A stretch of 64,000 nucleotides of DNA from an uncultured Planctomycetaceae bacterium (GCA_963813715.1 CAWFAK010000009.1:448001-512000), one strand, 5' to 3'; positions 20,385-32,394 are shown, numbered from the stretch's first letter. Numbers and translations are program-made. The notes: generated by a model from the letters alone, not told the origin.

Positions 20385-22352
20385 CTACCAATTCCACGAC
20401 GCACCGACCGACCAGTTCTCCGTCCACCAGCTGCCACGGTCCACGACGATTCGCGGAACGAGTCCCGCCATGGGGTCGCCCTGGTAGTCGATGCTCTGGT
20501 TGGTCTGAATCACGTCGCCGACCCAGATGAAGGTGTAACCCGCACGCAAGTTGGCATTGGCGAACGGCCACATCTTGCCGAGCACCGGCACGTACTTGAA
20601 GACTGGGGCCTCCGCGATGAGCGATTGCTCGATCATCGGCGAAATGTGCGAGTGCTGGGCCGAGCTGTCGAACTCGTTCGGGTTCGGGTCTCCCGGCGAC
20701 GGGATGAACAAGTCCTGCTGCGTTTCGGCCTGCGGATTTCCGCGGGCACCGGTCAGCTCCGCCGGGAACGTGACGATGTTGCCATTGACTCGGGTGGTGC
20801 TGCCGATGTTGTTGCCGCTCACCTCGATCGTTTCGATGTTGGCCATCAGGCCGAACTTGGTCTCGCCGATAATATGGAACGAATCGCCGCCGATCAGGTA
20901 CCGGATGCCGGCCGTGGGACCAACCAGGTTGGTGTTGGCGGTCACGTCGATCGATGCTGGCAGCAAGGCAAAGGGACTGGGGAACGAGAATAAGAGAGCC
21001 GTCGAGGTGCTGGCCGGTGCCGGTCCCGGCTCGGGAGTCCCTGCGTTGTCGATGATGCCGTCCTGATTGTCGTCGATGCCGTTGGGCAGCGACTGGGCCT
21101 TGTAGTCCCGGTCCAGGGTGCCGCCGACGCCGGACGTGCTGCTGCTGCTCGTTGCCGGCGCCCCGTACAACATGCCGCTGTCGATGCCGAGGAAGCTGAC
21201 GGTCTCGCGAATGTTGAGGTATTCGACGCCGACCCCGGCGCTGACCGTGATCCACTTCCGCTCGAGGAACGGCGTGAAGTAATAGTCGAGGTGCGTGCCG
21301 ATCTGGGCACTGGTCACACGGACGTCGAAGTAGATGTCATAGGGAATGGTCTGGCCGCGGGGCGTGCCGTCGGCCACGGGAAGTCCGCGGAGGTTGAGCA
21401 GATCCATCTGAATGATCTGGCTGGCCGTCAGGTCCTTCTTGCCGACGCCGCCCAGGGCCACGTCGATGTCATCCGGGCTCGTGATGGTGGACAACGTTTG
21501 CGGACTGGCATTCTGCAGGAAGCGGATGATCTGCTCCAACCGGGCCGTGTCTTCGGGATGCTGAGTGAAGCCGTCCGAATCCGCCGCATTGAAGTCGGCG
21601 ACGGCCGTGCCGCCGAACCAGAAGGTCCAGGCCCAACCCGATTTGTCGGGGTTCCATTCCCCCAGGCTGAAGCGGGCACCTTGAGTAGCCGGATCGCCCA
21701 GGTTGTTGAGGTTGACCGCGTTGTAGTTGTTGAAGTACCCGGCGATTTGGTCGGGCGAATTGACGATGAAGCCCTTGTTGATCAGCAGCTGGTCGCCGGC
21801 GTTGGGGTTTGAACCTGAGCCCGAGCCCGTGCCGCCGCTCCCGCCACTGCTGCTCGTGGAGCTCGAGCCGTCGATGAAGTCGCGGACCTGCCGTGTATAG
21901 GTCTGGGCACCCGGATTTCCGAAGATGCCCTGCGTGGCCCGGGTGGACATGAAGAGCAGATCGGAATTGAAGTACCACTTACGATCCGTGTTGCGCTGAA
22001 TGCGGTCCCAGATGCCGCCCAGATTCATGAAGCTCTGGTAGCCATTGTCGTACGGCGAGGTCGTTGGCCAGGGCTGAACGGTGGAGCCATCAACGCCGTT
22101 CGGCCCGATTGCCGGGGGAACGGGAGGAATCATCTCCGGATAGCCGCCCCCGTATTCGGGACCCGTCAGGGACGCATTGTAGGACGTCGGCGGGCCGGCC
22201 GGTGCAACAGGGGGGCCCGGCGCGACCTGCCCGTATTGCGGGGGTGCGATTCGGTACGATCCGGCCTGATCCTGGGCGAACAGTCCATGCTGTACGCCCA
22301 CGAGCAGACCGCTCGCGCCAACTAAAGTCGCCAACCAGTGCTGAACCCGCAT
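20385..22352 (-). CDS. Planctomycete outer-membrane beta-barrel protein (BBP7-like)
   Basis: Signal peptide, Pro-rich N-terminus, NTNLVGPTAG, LRAGYTFIWVGDV, and C-terminal beta-signal WSVGASWNW. Confidence 0.7.
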   Translation of the reverse strand: MRVQHWLATLVGASGLLVGVQHGLFAQDQAGSYRIAPPQYGQVAPGPPVAPAGPPTSYNASLTGPEYGGGYPEMIPPVPPAIGPNGVDGSTVQPWPTTSPYDNGYQSFMNLGGIWDRIQRNTDRKWYFNSDLLFMSTRATQGIFGNPGAQTYTRQVRDFIDGSSSTSSSGGSGGTGSGSGSNPNAGDQLLINKGFIVNSPDQIAGYFNNYNAVNLNNLGDPATQGARFSLGEWNPDKSGWAWTFWFGGTAVADFNAADSDGFTQHPEDTARLEQIIRFLQNASPQTLSTITSPDDIDVALGGVGKKDLTASQIIQMDLLNLRGLPVADGTPRGQTIPYDIYFDVRVTSAQIGTHLDYYFTPFLERKWITVSAGVGVEYLNIRETVSFLGIDSGMLYGAPATSSSSTSGVGGTLDRDYKAQSLPNGIDDNQDGIIDNAGTPEPGPAPASTSTALLFSFPSPFALLPASIDVTANTNLVGPTAGIRYLIGGDSFHIIGETKFGLMANIETIEVSGNNIGSTTRVNGNIVTFPAELTGARGNPQAETQQDLFIPSPGDPNPNEFDSSAQHSHISPMIEQSLIAEAPVFKYVPVLGKMWPFANANLRAGYTFIWVGDVIQTNQSIDYQGDPMAGLVPRIVVDRGSWWTENWSVGASWNW

Positions 22353-22765
22353 CAGGAAATCCCTTCCTAATCGCGTCATTCCGACGGTGCCACACCTTCC
22401 CGCGTCCGCCAATGGGGGCGCAGGGGTGCGGTCATGCGGGTAATATCGGTTGGGTAAGTTGGTAAACTGTAGCGGTTGTTCGGAGAATTCGGGTTTTTTC
22501 GGACCTTCCGAATTTGCCGATTCTGACGCCGCGAACAGTCGCCGCGCGCTCCAGTGATTTGCCGTAAGCTCCCTCGCGGCAAGCAGGTCGAGGCGACGGT
22601 CCTTTCCGCCGCCCGAGTCGCGTTTCGGTCGCAAAGTCGGCGAGAACGGGCCGCTTTTCGCCGGCTCTCAGTGGGTCGAGAGTCGCCGGCGAACGCCTCC
22701 TTGGGGCAAACTTCCTAGAATGCCGCGCCCCGCTCGACTGCTGGGACTGTCCGTCCCGCCTGTCT

Positions 22766-24340
22766 TTAGAGAGTGGGGCCGATGCTCCAGGGGCAGAACT
22801 CGTCGTCACCGATGCCCTGCAGCTCGCTCTTGGTGTGCTCGCCGCTGGCGACCGATACGATCTTCTCGAAAATCTCCTGGCCTACCTCTTGCACTGAAGC
22901 CCCCTCAAGGATGCGGCCCGCGTTGATGTCCATATCCTCGATCATGTGTTCGTAAAGCGGCGTGTTCGTCGCCACCTTGATTGACGGAACCGGTTTGCAG
23001 CCGAAGCAACTCCCCCGCCCGGTCGTGAACACCACGACGTTGGCCCCGCCGGCGATCAGGCCCGTAACCGACGCTGGGTCAAACCCGGGCGTATCCATGA
23101 AGACGAAGCCTTTTTCCGTCACCGGTTCCGCATAGCCGTAAACGGCCCGCAGCGCGGTCGTCCCCCCCTTGGCGATGGCTCCGAGCGACTTTTCGTAAAT
23201 CGTCGTCAGGCCCCCCTTTTTGTTGCCGACCGAAGGATTGTTGTTTATCTCCGCGCCGAAGAAGGCCGTATAACGCTCCCACCATTTGATGAGGTCAACC
23301 AGCTTCTGACCGACCTCCGGCGAGACGGCCCGCCGCGTGAGCAAGTGCTCGCCCCCATAAATCTCCGGAGTCTCGGCCAGGATCGACGTGGCTCCGTGGG
23401 CCACCAGCAGATCGCTGGCGTAACCCAGCGCCGGGTTGGCGGTCACGCCGCTCGAGCCGTCGCTGCCACCGCAATTGGTGCCCAGCATGATTTCGGAGAC
23501 GGGGATCGGCTCGCGTTGGGCTCGATTGACCTCGGGCAACATCTCTTTCAAGAGGCCGGTGGCCCGCTCGACCGTGCGACGCACTCCGCCGACTTCTTGA
23601 ATGTTCATCACCAGCCGCGAGCGACCCGCTGATTGATTCGCCGGCTGTCCGGGAATGTCGAGCTGAGTGAGGCCGTAGTTGTCGACCAGGAACGACGCCT
23701 GCCCCGTCTCGCATCCCAGACCAATCACCAGGTACGCGGCAATGTTCGGGTGCTTGGCAAAGCCGCTCAGCACCCGCGCCAATTGCTGATGATCGTCGCC
23801 GCCATACTGCATCGCGCAGCCCGCCTTGTGTACGAGGGGCACCACGCCGTCGATGTTGGGATACTCGTCCAGGATGCGCTGATCGAACCGCTGCGCGACG
23901 AATCGCGAAGTGGCGGCCGAACAATTGACCGTGCTGACGATGCCGATGTAGTTCCGCGTGGCTGCCCGGCCGTCCGCGCGGCGGTAGCCCATGAACGTGC
24001 GGCCGGCAATCGGCGCGGGCGCCGGCGGGACGTCGCTGGCAAACGCGTAATCGAGACTGAGCGTTCCTGCCTCGACGTTGTGCGTGTGCACCCATTGCCC
24101 AGGGGCAATGTCGGCCGTGGCGAAGCCGATGATCTGCCCGTACTTTCGCACGGCCGCACCGCGGGCGATAGGCAGCACGGCCACTTTGTGCCCGATCTCC
24201 ACGCGCTCGCCGACGGTGATCGGCCCAGGCGTGCCCTCGACGTCGATCTCCGTGCCGGGACGGATGGTGCGCTTGGCGATCGCAATGTTGTCGTCGCGAT
24301 GCAAACGCAAAACGGGCGATTCGGCCAGCGCAGTTGCCAT
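22766..24340 (-). CDS. uxaA: Altronate/galactarate dehydratase family protein (UxaA-like, SAF plus catalytic domain)
   Basis: GHKVA..KYGQIIG..VHTHN, CGGSDG.SG.TANPALG, NPSVGNKKGGLTTIYEKSLG and FTTGRG motifs; GAGG RBS before ATG 24340. Confidence 0.85.
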   Translation of the reverse strand: MATALAESPVLRLHRDDNIAIAKRTIRPGTEIDVEGTPGPITVGERVEIGHKVAVLPIARGAAVRKYGQIIGFATADIAPGQWVHTHNVEAGTLSLDYAFASDVPPAPAPIAGRTFMGYRRADGRAATRNYIGIVSTVNCSAATSRFVAQRFDQRILDEYPNIDGVVPLVHKAGCAMQYGGDDHQQLARVLSGFAKHPNIAAYLVIGLGCETGQASFLVDNYGLTQLDIPGQPANQSAGRSRLVMNIQEVGGVRRTVERATGLLKEMLPEVNRAQREPIPVSEIMLGTNCGGSDGSSGVTANPALGYASDLLVAHGATSILAETPEIYGGEHLLTRRAVSPEVGQKLVDLIKWWERYTAFFGAEINNNPSVGNKKGGLTTIYEKSLGAIAKGGTTALRAVYGYAEPVTEKGFVFMDTPGFDPASVTGLIAGGANVVVFTTGRGSCFGCKPVPSIKVATNTPLYEHMIEDMDINAGRILEGASVQEVGQEIFEKIVSVASGEHTKSELQGIGDDEFCPWSIGPTL

Positions 24341-24485
24341 TTTCAAAACCTCTCGGATTCTGTCGCTTCCCATCGTCAGCGTAATGCGGCCCGCTGCCGG
24401 CTGCAAACGGCCCGCAAGTCGCGATGGGTCGCGAGCCGTGCTACATTACAAGCGACCTCGTTCGACGCCGCAGCGAAGGCCCTTG

Positions 24486-25883
24486 ATGGCGAAAAACTCC
24501 ACAATAATCGACCGCGCCGAGCTCAAGCAACGCGCCGCGGCCGGTGAAATCGAGACCGTGCTGGCCGTCTTCCCCGACCTCTACGGCCGGCTGATGGGCA
24601 AACGCTTCGACGCGGAGCACTTCCTCGCCCGCATTGCCGAGGGTGGCACGCATGCCTGCAATTACCTGCTCACCGTCGACATGGAAATGGAGCCGGTCGC
24701 TGGCTACGAGTTCGCCAACTGGCAAAAAGGCTACGGCGACTTTCACCTGGTGCCCGACTTCCGCACGCTACGGCAGGCAAGCTGGCTCGACCGAACGGCC
24801 GTCGTGCTCTGCGACCTGCAATCCGAACACGACCACGCGCTGATCGAACCGGCACCCGCACGATGCTGCTCAAGCAGATCGAGGCGGCCTCCAAGCTCGG
24901 CTACGACGCGATGGCCGCCTCAGAGCTCGAGTATTACTTCTTTCGCAATTCGTATCGCGATGCGGCCGCGGCCGAGTACCGCAATCTCGAGCCCGCCGGC
25001 TGGTATCTCGAGGATTATCACGCGCTGCAGGGGACTCGCGAGGAGGATTACAACGGCCTCCTCCGCCGGCATCTCAAGCAGTCGGGCATTGCCGTCGAAT
25101 CGACGAAAGGCGAATGGGGCAAGGGCCAGCATGAGGTGAACGTCGAGTACACCGACGTCCTCTCGATGGCTGACAATCACACAATCTTGAAGCAGTGTGC
25201 CAAGGAGATCGCCGACCGGCTCGGCGTCAGCGTCACCTTCATGGCCAAGCTGTCGGACAAGCAGGCGGGCTCGAGCTGCCACGTGCACTTGAGCCTGTGG
25301 AAAGACGGACGCAACGCGTTCGCCGGCCGCCAGAAGCTGGGCGCGGGCGAAGCGGGCGGCGGCATCGAAGGGTCGGGAATCTTCCTCAAGTTTCTCGCCG
25401 GCTGGCTGGCCCACGCGCCGGAGGTGATGGTCTTTTACGCTCCGAACGTGAATTCGTATAAGCGCTATCAATCGGGCTCATGGGCGCCTACGCATCTGGC
25501 CTGGAGCCGCGACAACCGCACGGCCGGCTTCCGCGTTGTCGGCTCGGGTGAGAGCCTGCGGATCGAGTGCCGCATCCCCGGCGCCGACTGCAATCCGTAC
25601 CTGGTTTACGCGGCCGCCCTGGCATCGGGACTCGACGGCATCGCCAACGATCTGCGGCCGCCGGCCGAATTTCGCGGCGACGCCTATCACGCGTCCGAAC
25701 TTGCCGCACGTCCCCAAAACACTGGCCGAGGCAATCGAGCGATTTGAGCAAAGCGAATTCTGCCGGCGGGCGTTCGGCGCCGACGTGGTGCAACACTACG
25801 CCCACTATTTCCGCACCGAGCAGACATCGTACGATCGGGCGGTTACCGACTGGGAACGCGGCCGTTATTTCGAGCGGATTTGA
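24486..25883 (+). CDS. Glutamine synthetase-family gamma-glutamyl ligase (PuuA-like; frameshifts near 24860 and 25705)
   Basis: DLYGRLMGKR, ASELEYY, GEWGKGQHEVN, TFMAK..GSSCHVH, NSYKR, DNRT, RIECRIPGADCNPY and C-terminal VTDWERGRYFERI. Confidence 0.88.
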
Positions 25884-25928
25884 GCGGCGGAGTCATTCGG
25901 AAAAATTGGAGCGGGGGAAGCGGAGGTC

Positions 25929-26660
25929 ATGCGGCGTCCCATCATCGGCATCACCACTTATGGCCGCGACGAAGACGGCCGCTTTCGACTGCCGGACGTT
26001 TACGTCGACGCAGTCCGTCGGGCCGGCGGCATCGCCGTCATGATTCCGCCCGGCGACGATCCGTGGGACGAACTCTTCGAGCTGATCGACGGACTGATTT
26101 TCGCCGGCGGCGGCGACGTCGAGCCAACGCTCTATGGCGGCCACTTGCACGAGGCGATTTACGGCGTCGATTCCGAACGCGACCGCAGCGAGCTGGCGCT
26201 GGCCCGGCGAGTGGCGACGTCCGAGCTGCCGACGCTCGGCATCTGCCGCGGCCATCAATTGGTGAACGTGGCCCTTGGCGGGACGCTGCACGAGCACCTG
26301 CCCGACGTCGTGGGCGACGCGGTGGTCCATCGCCTGCCGCCGCGCGAGCCGTCCGAGCACGCCATCACGGTCGACGCCAAATCGCGGCTGGCCGGCATTC
26401 TCGGCGAGTCGAATTTCGCGGCCTCCTCCTGGCATCACCAGGCCATTCGCGAGCCGGCGCAAGGACTCGTCGCCGTCGCCCGCGCTCCGGACGGCACCAT
26501 CGAAGGCTGCGAACTGAAGACGCACCCCTGGCTCTTCACCGTGCAGTGGCACCCGGAACTCACCGCCCACGCCAGCGCGACGCAGCAGCGACTGTTCGAC
26601 GCGCTGGTCGATGCGTGCCGCCAACGGATCGCGGCCGCAAGCCACACGCCGACCAAGTAA
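25929..26660 (+). CDS. Gamma-glutamyl-gamma-aminobutyrate hydrolase family (peptidase C26, PuuD-like)
   Basis: DGLIFAGGGDV, catalytic LGICRG and VQWHPE. Confidence 0.92.
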   Translation: MRRPIIGITTYGRDEDGRFRLPDVYVDAVRRAGGIAVMIPPGDDPWDELFELIDGLIFAGGGDVEPTLYGGHLHEAIYGVDSERDRSELALARRVATSELPTLGICRGHQLVNVALGGTLHEHLPDVVGDAVVHRLPPREPSEHAITVDAKSRLAGILGESNFAASSWHHQAIREPAQGLVAVARAPDGTIEGCELKTHPWLFTVQWHPELTAHASATQQRLFDALVDACRQRIAAASHTPTK

Positions 26661-26717
26661 CGCACGAAGCCTGACGAGGTCGTCCGGCACGGCCTGTCGT
26701 CGCGACAACCGCGGCCG

Positions 26718-27910
26718 TCAGAATTCGCTCAAGATCGGGACGACAGCCGTTCTGGATCGGTCCGCCCGTCACGTGAACTTTGCTGCCGCCGTCGATGTAG
26801 ACGTTCACTTCGCTGCGGATGCCGAACTCGGGCAGGTAGATGCCCGGCTCGATCGAGAAGCAGGTCCGCGGCAGGAGCCGGCGAGTGTCGTGCGTTTCCA
26901 GATCGTCGATGTTGGCGCCGTTGCCGTGCGTCTCCTGGCCGATGCTGTGCCCCGTGCGATGGACGAAGCGATCGCCGTAGCCGGCCGTCTCGATCACCTG
27001 CCGGCACGCCCGGTCGACTTCGCAGCCGGCAATCGGCCGCTTCTCGGCAAAGGCGGCGCGCACCGTTTCGATGGCCGTGTCGCGGGCCTTGGCCACGATC
27101 TGGAAGATTTCGGTGTATGCGCGGCGGCACCGACTTCCCCACGAAGCCGACGCGGGTCAGGTCGCTGTAGACCGCGCGCGGCTTCTGGAGCTTGGCCCAC
27201 AGATCGATGAGCACGAAGTCGCCCTCGCGGATCTCGCTCCCCGGGCCGCTCGAAGTCTCGTGATGCGGATTGCCCGCGTGCGGCCCGACCGCGACGATCG
27301 GCGGGTGCTCGGTCTCCAGGCCGTTCTCGGCAAAATGCTTGAGAATCTCGGCCTGCACCGCGACTTCATCGATGATCGTGCCGCGACGGACGGCGTCCGC
27401 AATGAATCGCCAGGCCCGGCTGTACGCGGCATCGGTGTGCACGGCCGCGTCGAAGTGCGAGCGTTCCTGCTCGTCATCCCAGGCGGCCTCGAAGACCTGG
27501 ATCAGGTCGCCGGAGGAAACGATCTCCACGCCGAGCCGCTTGATCAGCTCGACGGTCCCCGCGTCGACGCGCGAGACGTAAGGGATGGCGTTGTGCGGCG
27601 AATACTCCAGCGCAACCCGCTTCAGGCCGGACAGCAGCCGGCCGAGCCCCGCCTCGAATTCCTGCCACTTGAGATAGACGGTCTTCGACCCGGGCAGGCC
27701 GGCGAGCGCCCCCTCTTCGATGCGATGAACGAGCTTGCGCGGCTCGCCCTTCGCCGGAATGCAATAAGCGTAGCGACGGCTGCCAACGTCCGACGGGGCC
27801 AGGCCCAGCACGCGCTGAGCCAACAGGTTGCTGCCCCGAAAGTCGTAGAGCAGCCAGCCGTCGATACCGAACTCGCCGAGCGCGGACTGAATCGCGGGGA
27901 TGTCGATCAT
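26718..27910 (-). CDS. M24 family (Xaa-Pro) aminopeptidase (frameshifts near 27120 and 26750)
   Basis: DGWLLYDFRG, PHH, LIDLWAK, YSDLTR, HRTGHSIG, FSIEPGIY and GIRSE motifs. Confidence 0.88.
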
Positions 27911-28014
27911 TGGGCCCTCGTCTGCCGGTACCAGCGTTCGCGCCGACCGTATCCGCCGCAGCGCCGGACGGCGGCAGCATTCGCGCCGACAAACGGGAGC
28001 GTCTGCCCCGCGTG

Positions 28015-29282
28015 CTACTTAAGGAAGAAGAATCGCTCGGCCTCGCGCACAGTGCGCGGGTCGCGCTGACGCAGTTCCTGCAGATACTTTTTGCCGCGGG
28101 CCGCCGCGTCGGACGCGGATTCGGCCGGCACGTTGCCGCTGGCGGCACCGCCCGTCGACTGCGCGCCCGAGGCCGTTCCCGGCGGCGTCGTCGCGCCGCT
28201 GCCATCGGCCTTGGGATCGGTGCTGGCCAGCATGTAGCGGATGATCGACCGCTTGATCGACGGGATGTTGTAATCACCCTTGCCGTAGAGCGACATCAAC
28301 CGCTCCTGCACGCTCCAGTCTCTCCAGCGGGCCAGGTCGGCGATCACCAGGTCGGCCAGCTCCGGCTGGTCGAGCAACAGCCGCATCGATTGCTGCAGCC
28401 GCTCGTTGGAGATCTTGCCGCCCGCGTACTGCCACATGAACCGCAGCCCCATCATGGCGGCGTACGTTTCGCTGAAGGCGGCCTTCTTGCCGTCGTGGAT
28501 TTTGAACTTCCAGTCGTCGAGGTTGTCGAGACCCGTGTTGCCCGTCAGCAGCAGGTAGCCCGAAATCATCCCGTCCAAGCCAATGCGGAACTCTTCGGCG
28601 TTGGGCTCGATCTTATGGGCGAGCATGGCCGCATCGTCGTTGTTGCCGCACAGGCCGATGAGCATGCCGTAGAGTCCAAGCCGCGTCTGCGGAGTCTCGG
28701 GACTCAAGAGCCAGTGCCGGATCTTGTCCCGAGGCAACAAGGGGGCGACCGCCGCGATATCTTTATAGGGAGCGTTGGCCAGCTCGCCGTACGCATCGTT
28801 TGCGACGAGCTGATCCGGGAATTCCAGAAACTTGATGAAGTACTTGAGCCGCTTGGCGGTGGCCACCTCGGGCGCGGCGCCTGGGCGACGTAGCCGAAGG
28901 CCGGCTCGGTGATTTCAGTCGGGCTGCCCCACTCGACGGCGTTCTCTTTGCCGGCCCGCGTCCCCATCACCAGGAACAAATCGCCGGCTTTGCCCGCGCG
29001 GTAACGGGCCAGATTGATATGGTCCCCCTTCTTCACGGAGTTGTTGGGGGACTTTACCACCTGCAGAACTTCGTACGTGCTGGTGCCCGGATCCTGGTCC
29101 CTGGCCGGCTCCCCTTTGACGAATTGCACCAGGCACACGCCGTCGGCTTGGGCGACCTGCTCGGCCAAAGTCTGCGACGGAGCCGAGCAGAATGGACAGG
29201 CAAGGACCTGGGTGATCGCCCCCGATCCGGCGAAAAGACATCCCGCGGCCAGGAGCCAGAAAACTCGGTGAGAGAGGCGCAT
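28015..29282 (-). CDS. Secreted hypothetical protein with N-terminal CPFC motif (frameshift near 28875)
   Basis: Signal peptide followed by ACPFCSAP. ORFs 28704-29366 and 28015-28866 join. Helical C-terminal half (ADLVIADLARWRDW). Confidence 0.7.
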
Positions 29283-29401
29283 GTGAACAGCTCCTATTCG
29301 CGGCAGGAGGGCGTGCAAAGAGAGGGCTTCAGCACGATTTATTCGGCATTTTGTCGTTATCGTCAAGCCATCGGGCGGGTTGCGGGGTTTCCCGGCGGGG
29401 A

Positions 29402-30208
29402 TTACTTGGAAATGACGGCCGCGTCGTCCATCTCGTACAGGCGATAAAGCTTTCCATCCTCGGCCTCGGGACGGATGTGGAACACGCCCACCACGTCGAA
29501 CGGCCGGTTGGGGATGTAGTTGGTCGTCGTCCCCTCGCGGAGCACCACGTCGAACACGTCATAGATTTTTGGATTGCGCCCGAAGCAACAAATCTGGTTG
29601 TCGCGGGCCAGCCCAAACGCATGGACGCCCGTCTGCTGAAACGTCGGATACATGAAGCCCCGGATGCGAACGCGACGACCGTCGAGCGACTTGAGCCAGG
29701 CCGGCATGTAGTTCTGCGGGTCGGGCAGAACCGGGTCCATGTTGAGCACTTTGAGCAGATCAATGTCGTCGTAGCTCACCCGCAGCGACTCTCCCTCGTT
29801 GCGGAATGTCTTGTTGGGGACTAAGACCTGCACCCTGCGGGACTCCGACGACGCACCGGCCTGCGGGCCCTTGGCGGTCATCTTGACTGAGCCCGGGACA
29901 GAACTGGGGGGCGCGCTGGCGAGCAGTTTCCCTGGGGCCGACGAATTCGGATTCTTCAAGTCGGCCGACGCAGGCTTGTGGGTCGCGGCCGGAGCCGGAT
30001 CTTTGGCCGATGCCTTCGCTGCGGCGACCGCCGTCGCGTTCGGCGCGGCTGGCTCTTTGGCGGCGTCTTTGCCCGCTGCCCGTCCCTCCGCGCGCGTCGA
30101 CCCCTCGTAGGCGTGAAACTGGGAGCCGGAGTTCTGCGTGCAACCGGCGGCGAGCGTCAGGAGGGCGGGAAAGAGCGCGATGACAAAGCATCGTCCCAAA
30201 GAGTGCAT
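29402..30208 (-). CDS. DUF3299-like lipoprotein
   Basis: Lipobox AAGC, Ala/Pro linker, then [26 protein letters not shown]. Confidence 0.7.
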   Translation of the reverse strand: MHSLGRCFVIALFPALLTLAAGCTQNSGSQFHAYEGSTRAEGRAAGKDAAKEPAAPNATAVAAAKASAKDPAPAATHKPASADLKNPNSSAPGKLLASAPPSSVPGSVKMTAKGPQAGASSESRRVQVLVPNKTFRNEGESLRVSYDDIDLLKVLNMDPVLPDPQNYMPAWLKSLDGRRVRIRGFMYPTFQQTGVHAFGLARDNQICCFGRNPKIYDVFDVVLREGTTTNYIPNRPFDVVGVFHIRPEAEDGKLYRLYEMDDAAVISK

Positions 30209-30352
30209 ATCAAGTTCCGGTGTGCGTGATCGGAGCGACGTCAAAAGAGGCCCCGCGGACCTTATAGGTTACCGGGCAACTGCGCGGTTCGGACCAGCCC
30301 AGAGGGCAATCCGGAAGGCGCGCTTGCGACGTCGGCTTGCGCACGGCCGACA

Positions 30353-31081
30353 TTAAAACATCGTGCGAGAGTTTTCGGCCAGGGTCCCGTCGATGGAGTA
30401 GACAGGCGTCAATCCGGCCGGACCGCTCGACTTCTGGCAATGGAAGACCCCGCCCACCGACATCATAATCCCCTGGTGGTAGTCGACGCCGCGGCCCGTT
30501 TTCAGCGTGACCATGATCATGTCGTTGATCTTGGGATTGCCGCCAAAGCAGCACTGGGCGTTGTCTTTCACCAGGAGGAACGACTTCAAGCCGCGGGTCT
30601 CGTTCGTGGGATACATGTATCCCTTGATAAACACTTGCTTGCCGTCGAGGGCCTTGACGTCGGGATTGAAGATGTCGGTCTTCCCCTTCTCAAGGATGAA
30701 GCCCTTGTTGGAAATGTCTTCGGTGAAATTCAGCCGTCGAAAGCCCTCGGGGACTTCTGTGCGATAGCCGTTGGCCCAGATGCCCGCACTGGCGCTGAAA
30801 AAGATCAGCGACATCAAAAACCCGCTGACGGCCAGCCACATGCCGCCGTACTCGCCGCGAAACTTGCGCAGGCGGACGATGCAGATGCCGGCCACCACGA
30901 AACCGACGAGGCCGATCGGCACCATGAGCAGTCCGAGAAATCCCAGGGCGGAGAGCAGCCCCAATAGGAAACTGATCGGAGCCAGAATCGGCACCGGCCG
31001 GTAACCGAATTCGTTGGACCGACTTTGGACAGGCAGCGATTGCGCTTCGACGACAGGTTGCGAGACGATCGACTGGGACAT
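30353..31081 (-). CDS. Membrane protein (DUF4190-like N-terminus) with DUF3299-like domain
   Basis: About 3 TM helices, then LDGKQVFIKGYMYP..FLLVKDNAQCCFGG. Confidence 0.7.
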   Translation of the reverse strand: MSQSIVSQPVVEAQSLPVQSRSNEFGYRPVPILAPISFLLGLLSALGFLGLLMVPIGLVGFVVAGICIVRLRKFRGEYGGMWLAVSGFLMSLIFFSASAGIWANGYRTEVPEGFRRLNFTEDISNKGFILEKGKTDIFNPDVKALDGKQVFIKGYMYPTNETRGLKSFLLVKDNAQCCFGGNPKINDMIMVTLKTGRGVDYHQGIMMSVGGVFHCQKSSGPAGLTPVYSIDGTLAENSRTMF

Positions 31082-31523
31082 CCGAAAATCACCTCGAAAA
31101 CCGACAAAACGCCATAGCGGAATGAAGTTCGAGAATCCGAATCAGCCGGACAAAGAATGAGGCGCCAGAATCAATTGCAGCGGGAGAAAACCCAGCGGCG
31201 GGAGCACCGGCTGGCAGCTTTTCCATCATACCAATCGAGTCTACCTCCGCCACCCCCGCACCCCGCAGTTTTTGTTCCCCGTGCCTTTCCGCACTGCTGA
31301 TCTAACGTGAATGCCGATCGTGCGTTAGGCGAGGGCTTTCGAGCCGGCCGAGCACCCCGTGCACGCGCTCTGGCCTGCTTGCCAACCTGGGTCATCACTT
31401 AAGACGCTTCTCGGCAGCGCAGCGTTGGACTGGTTCTGGCAAAAAATGATGCCCAACCCCCACCTGGCCCAGAAACAGCCGCCCTTAACACTCGGCTAGG
31501 GAGAGCCGGTCAAGGAGCGCCGG

Positions 31524-32394
31524 TTAGGGAGCGCCGTAGAACACCGGGGCCGGTAGCGACGTGCGGTCGCGGACAGTTTGGGCGATGGCGTCTAGCTCGG
31601 CATCGGTCAGCGGCTCGACAAAGTTTTCGGCGGGCTGGCGGGCCACGGTGTACACCTGCACGCTCTTGAGCTGCCCCCCGGCGGCGACGATCTCGTTCAG
31701 CCGATCGCAGAAGGCGGCGATCTCACTCGCAGGGGTCGCCTCGCCCCGAATCCGCATGAACAGGCTTTGGATGACGAGGGGTCGCTTGCAGGCGGCAGCC
31801 GCGATGTTGTCGAGCACCTGACGGAACGGAATCTTCGTCCGCTCGACGAGTTGGTAATACGCCTCGCTTCCCGTTTCGAGCTTCGCCCAGATCTCGCCGT
31901 TGTTGGCGTCCAGAATCTCCAGACCCGCGCTCGACGGCCGGCCGATGGAACATCGTGGCGTTGGTGATCAGCACGAGCTTGACGTCGCCGAGTCCGCGAC
32001 GCCGCTTGAGCTCGGCCGCCGACGCCATGATCTCGTCAAAGTTGCGATAAGTCGTCGGCTCACCATCGCCGGAGAAGGCAATGTCGTTCAGCCGGCGGAG
32101 CGGCGGCGGCACGTGGGCGAACTTGGGATCGTCAAAGATCCGCCCGCTCGACACGAATTCGAGCATCTGATCGAGCTCGTCCCAGAGGCGGGCCGTCTCG
32201 ACGAATCGGGACTCGGCCTCGTTGCGGCGATCGACCTGGCAATAGATACAGTCGAAGTTGCACACCTTGTCCGGATTCAGATTGACGCCGATCGAAATCC
32301 CCCCGCTACGGCGGGAAAGGACCGGGTAGACGAATTTATTCTCGCGATAAATTCGTCCATGGTCTGAGTAGAGAGCCAGCGGCCGGTCAGTCAC
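31524..32394 (-). CDS. Radical SAM protein (frameshift near 31920)
   Basis: VYPVLSRRSGGISIGVNLNPDKVCNFDCIYC (CxxxCxxC), SGDGEPT and ITN; C-terminus in ORF 31524-31817. Confidence 0.9.
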
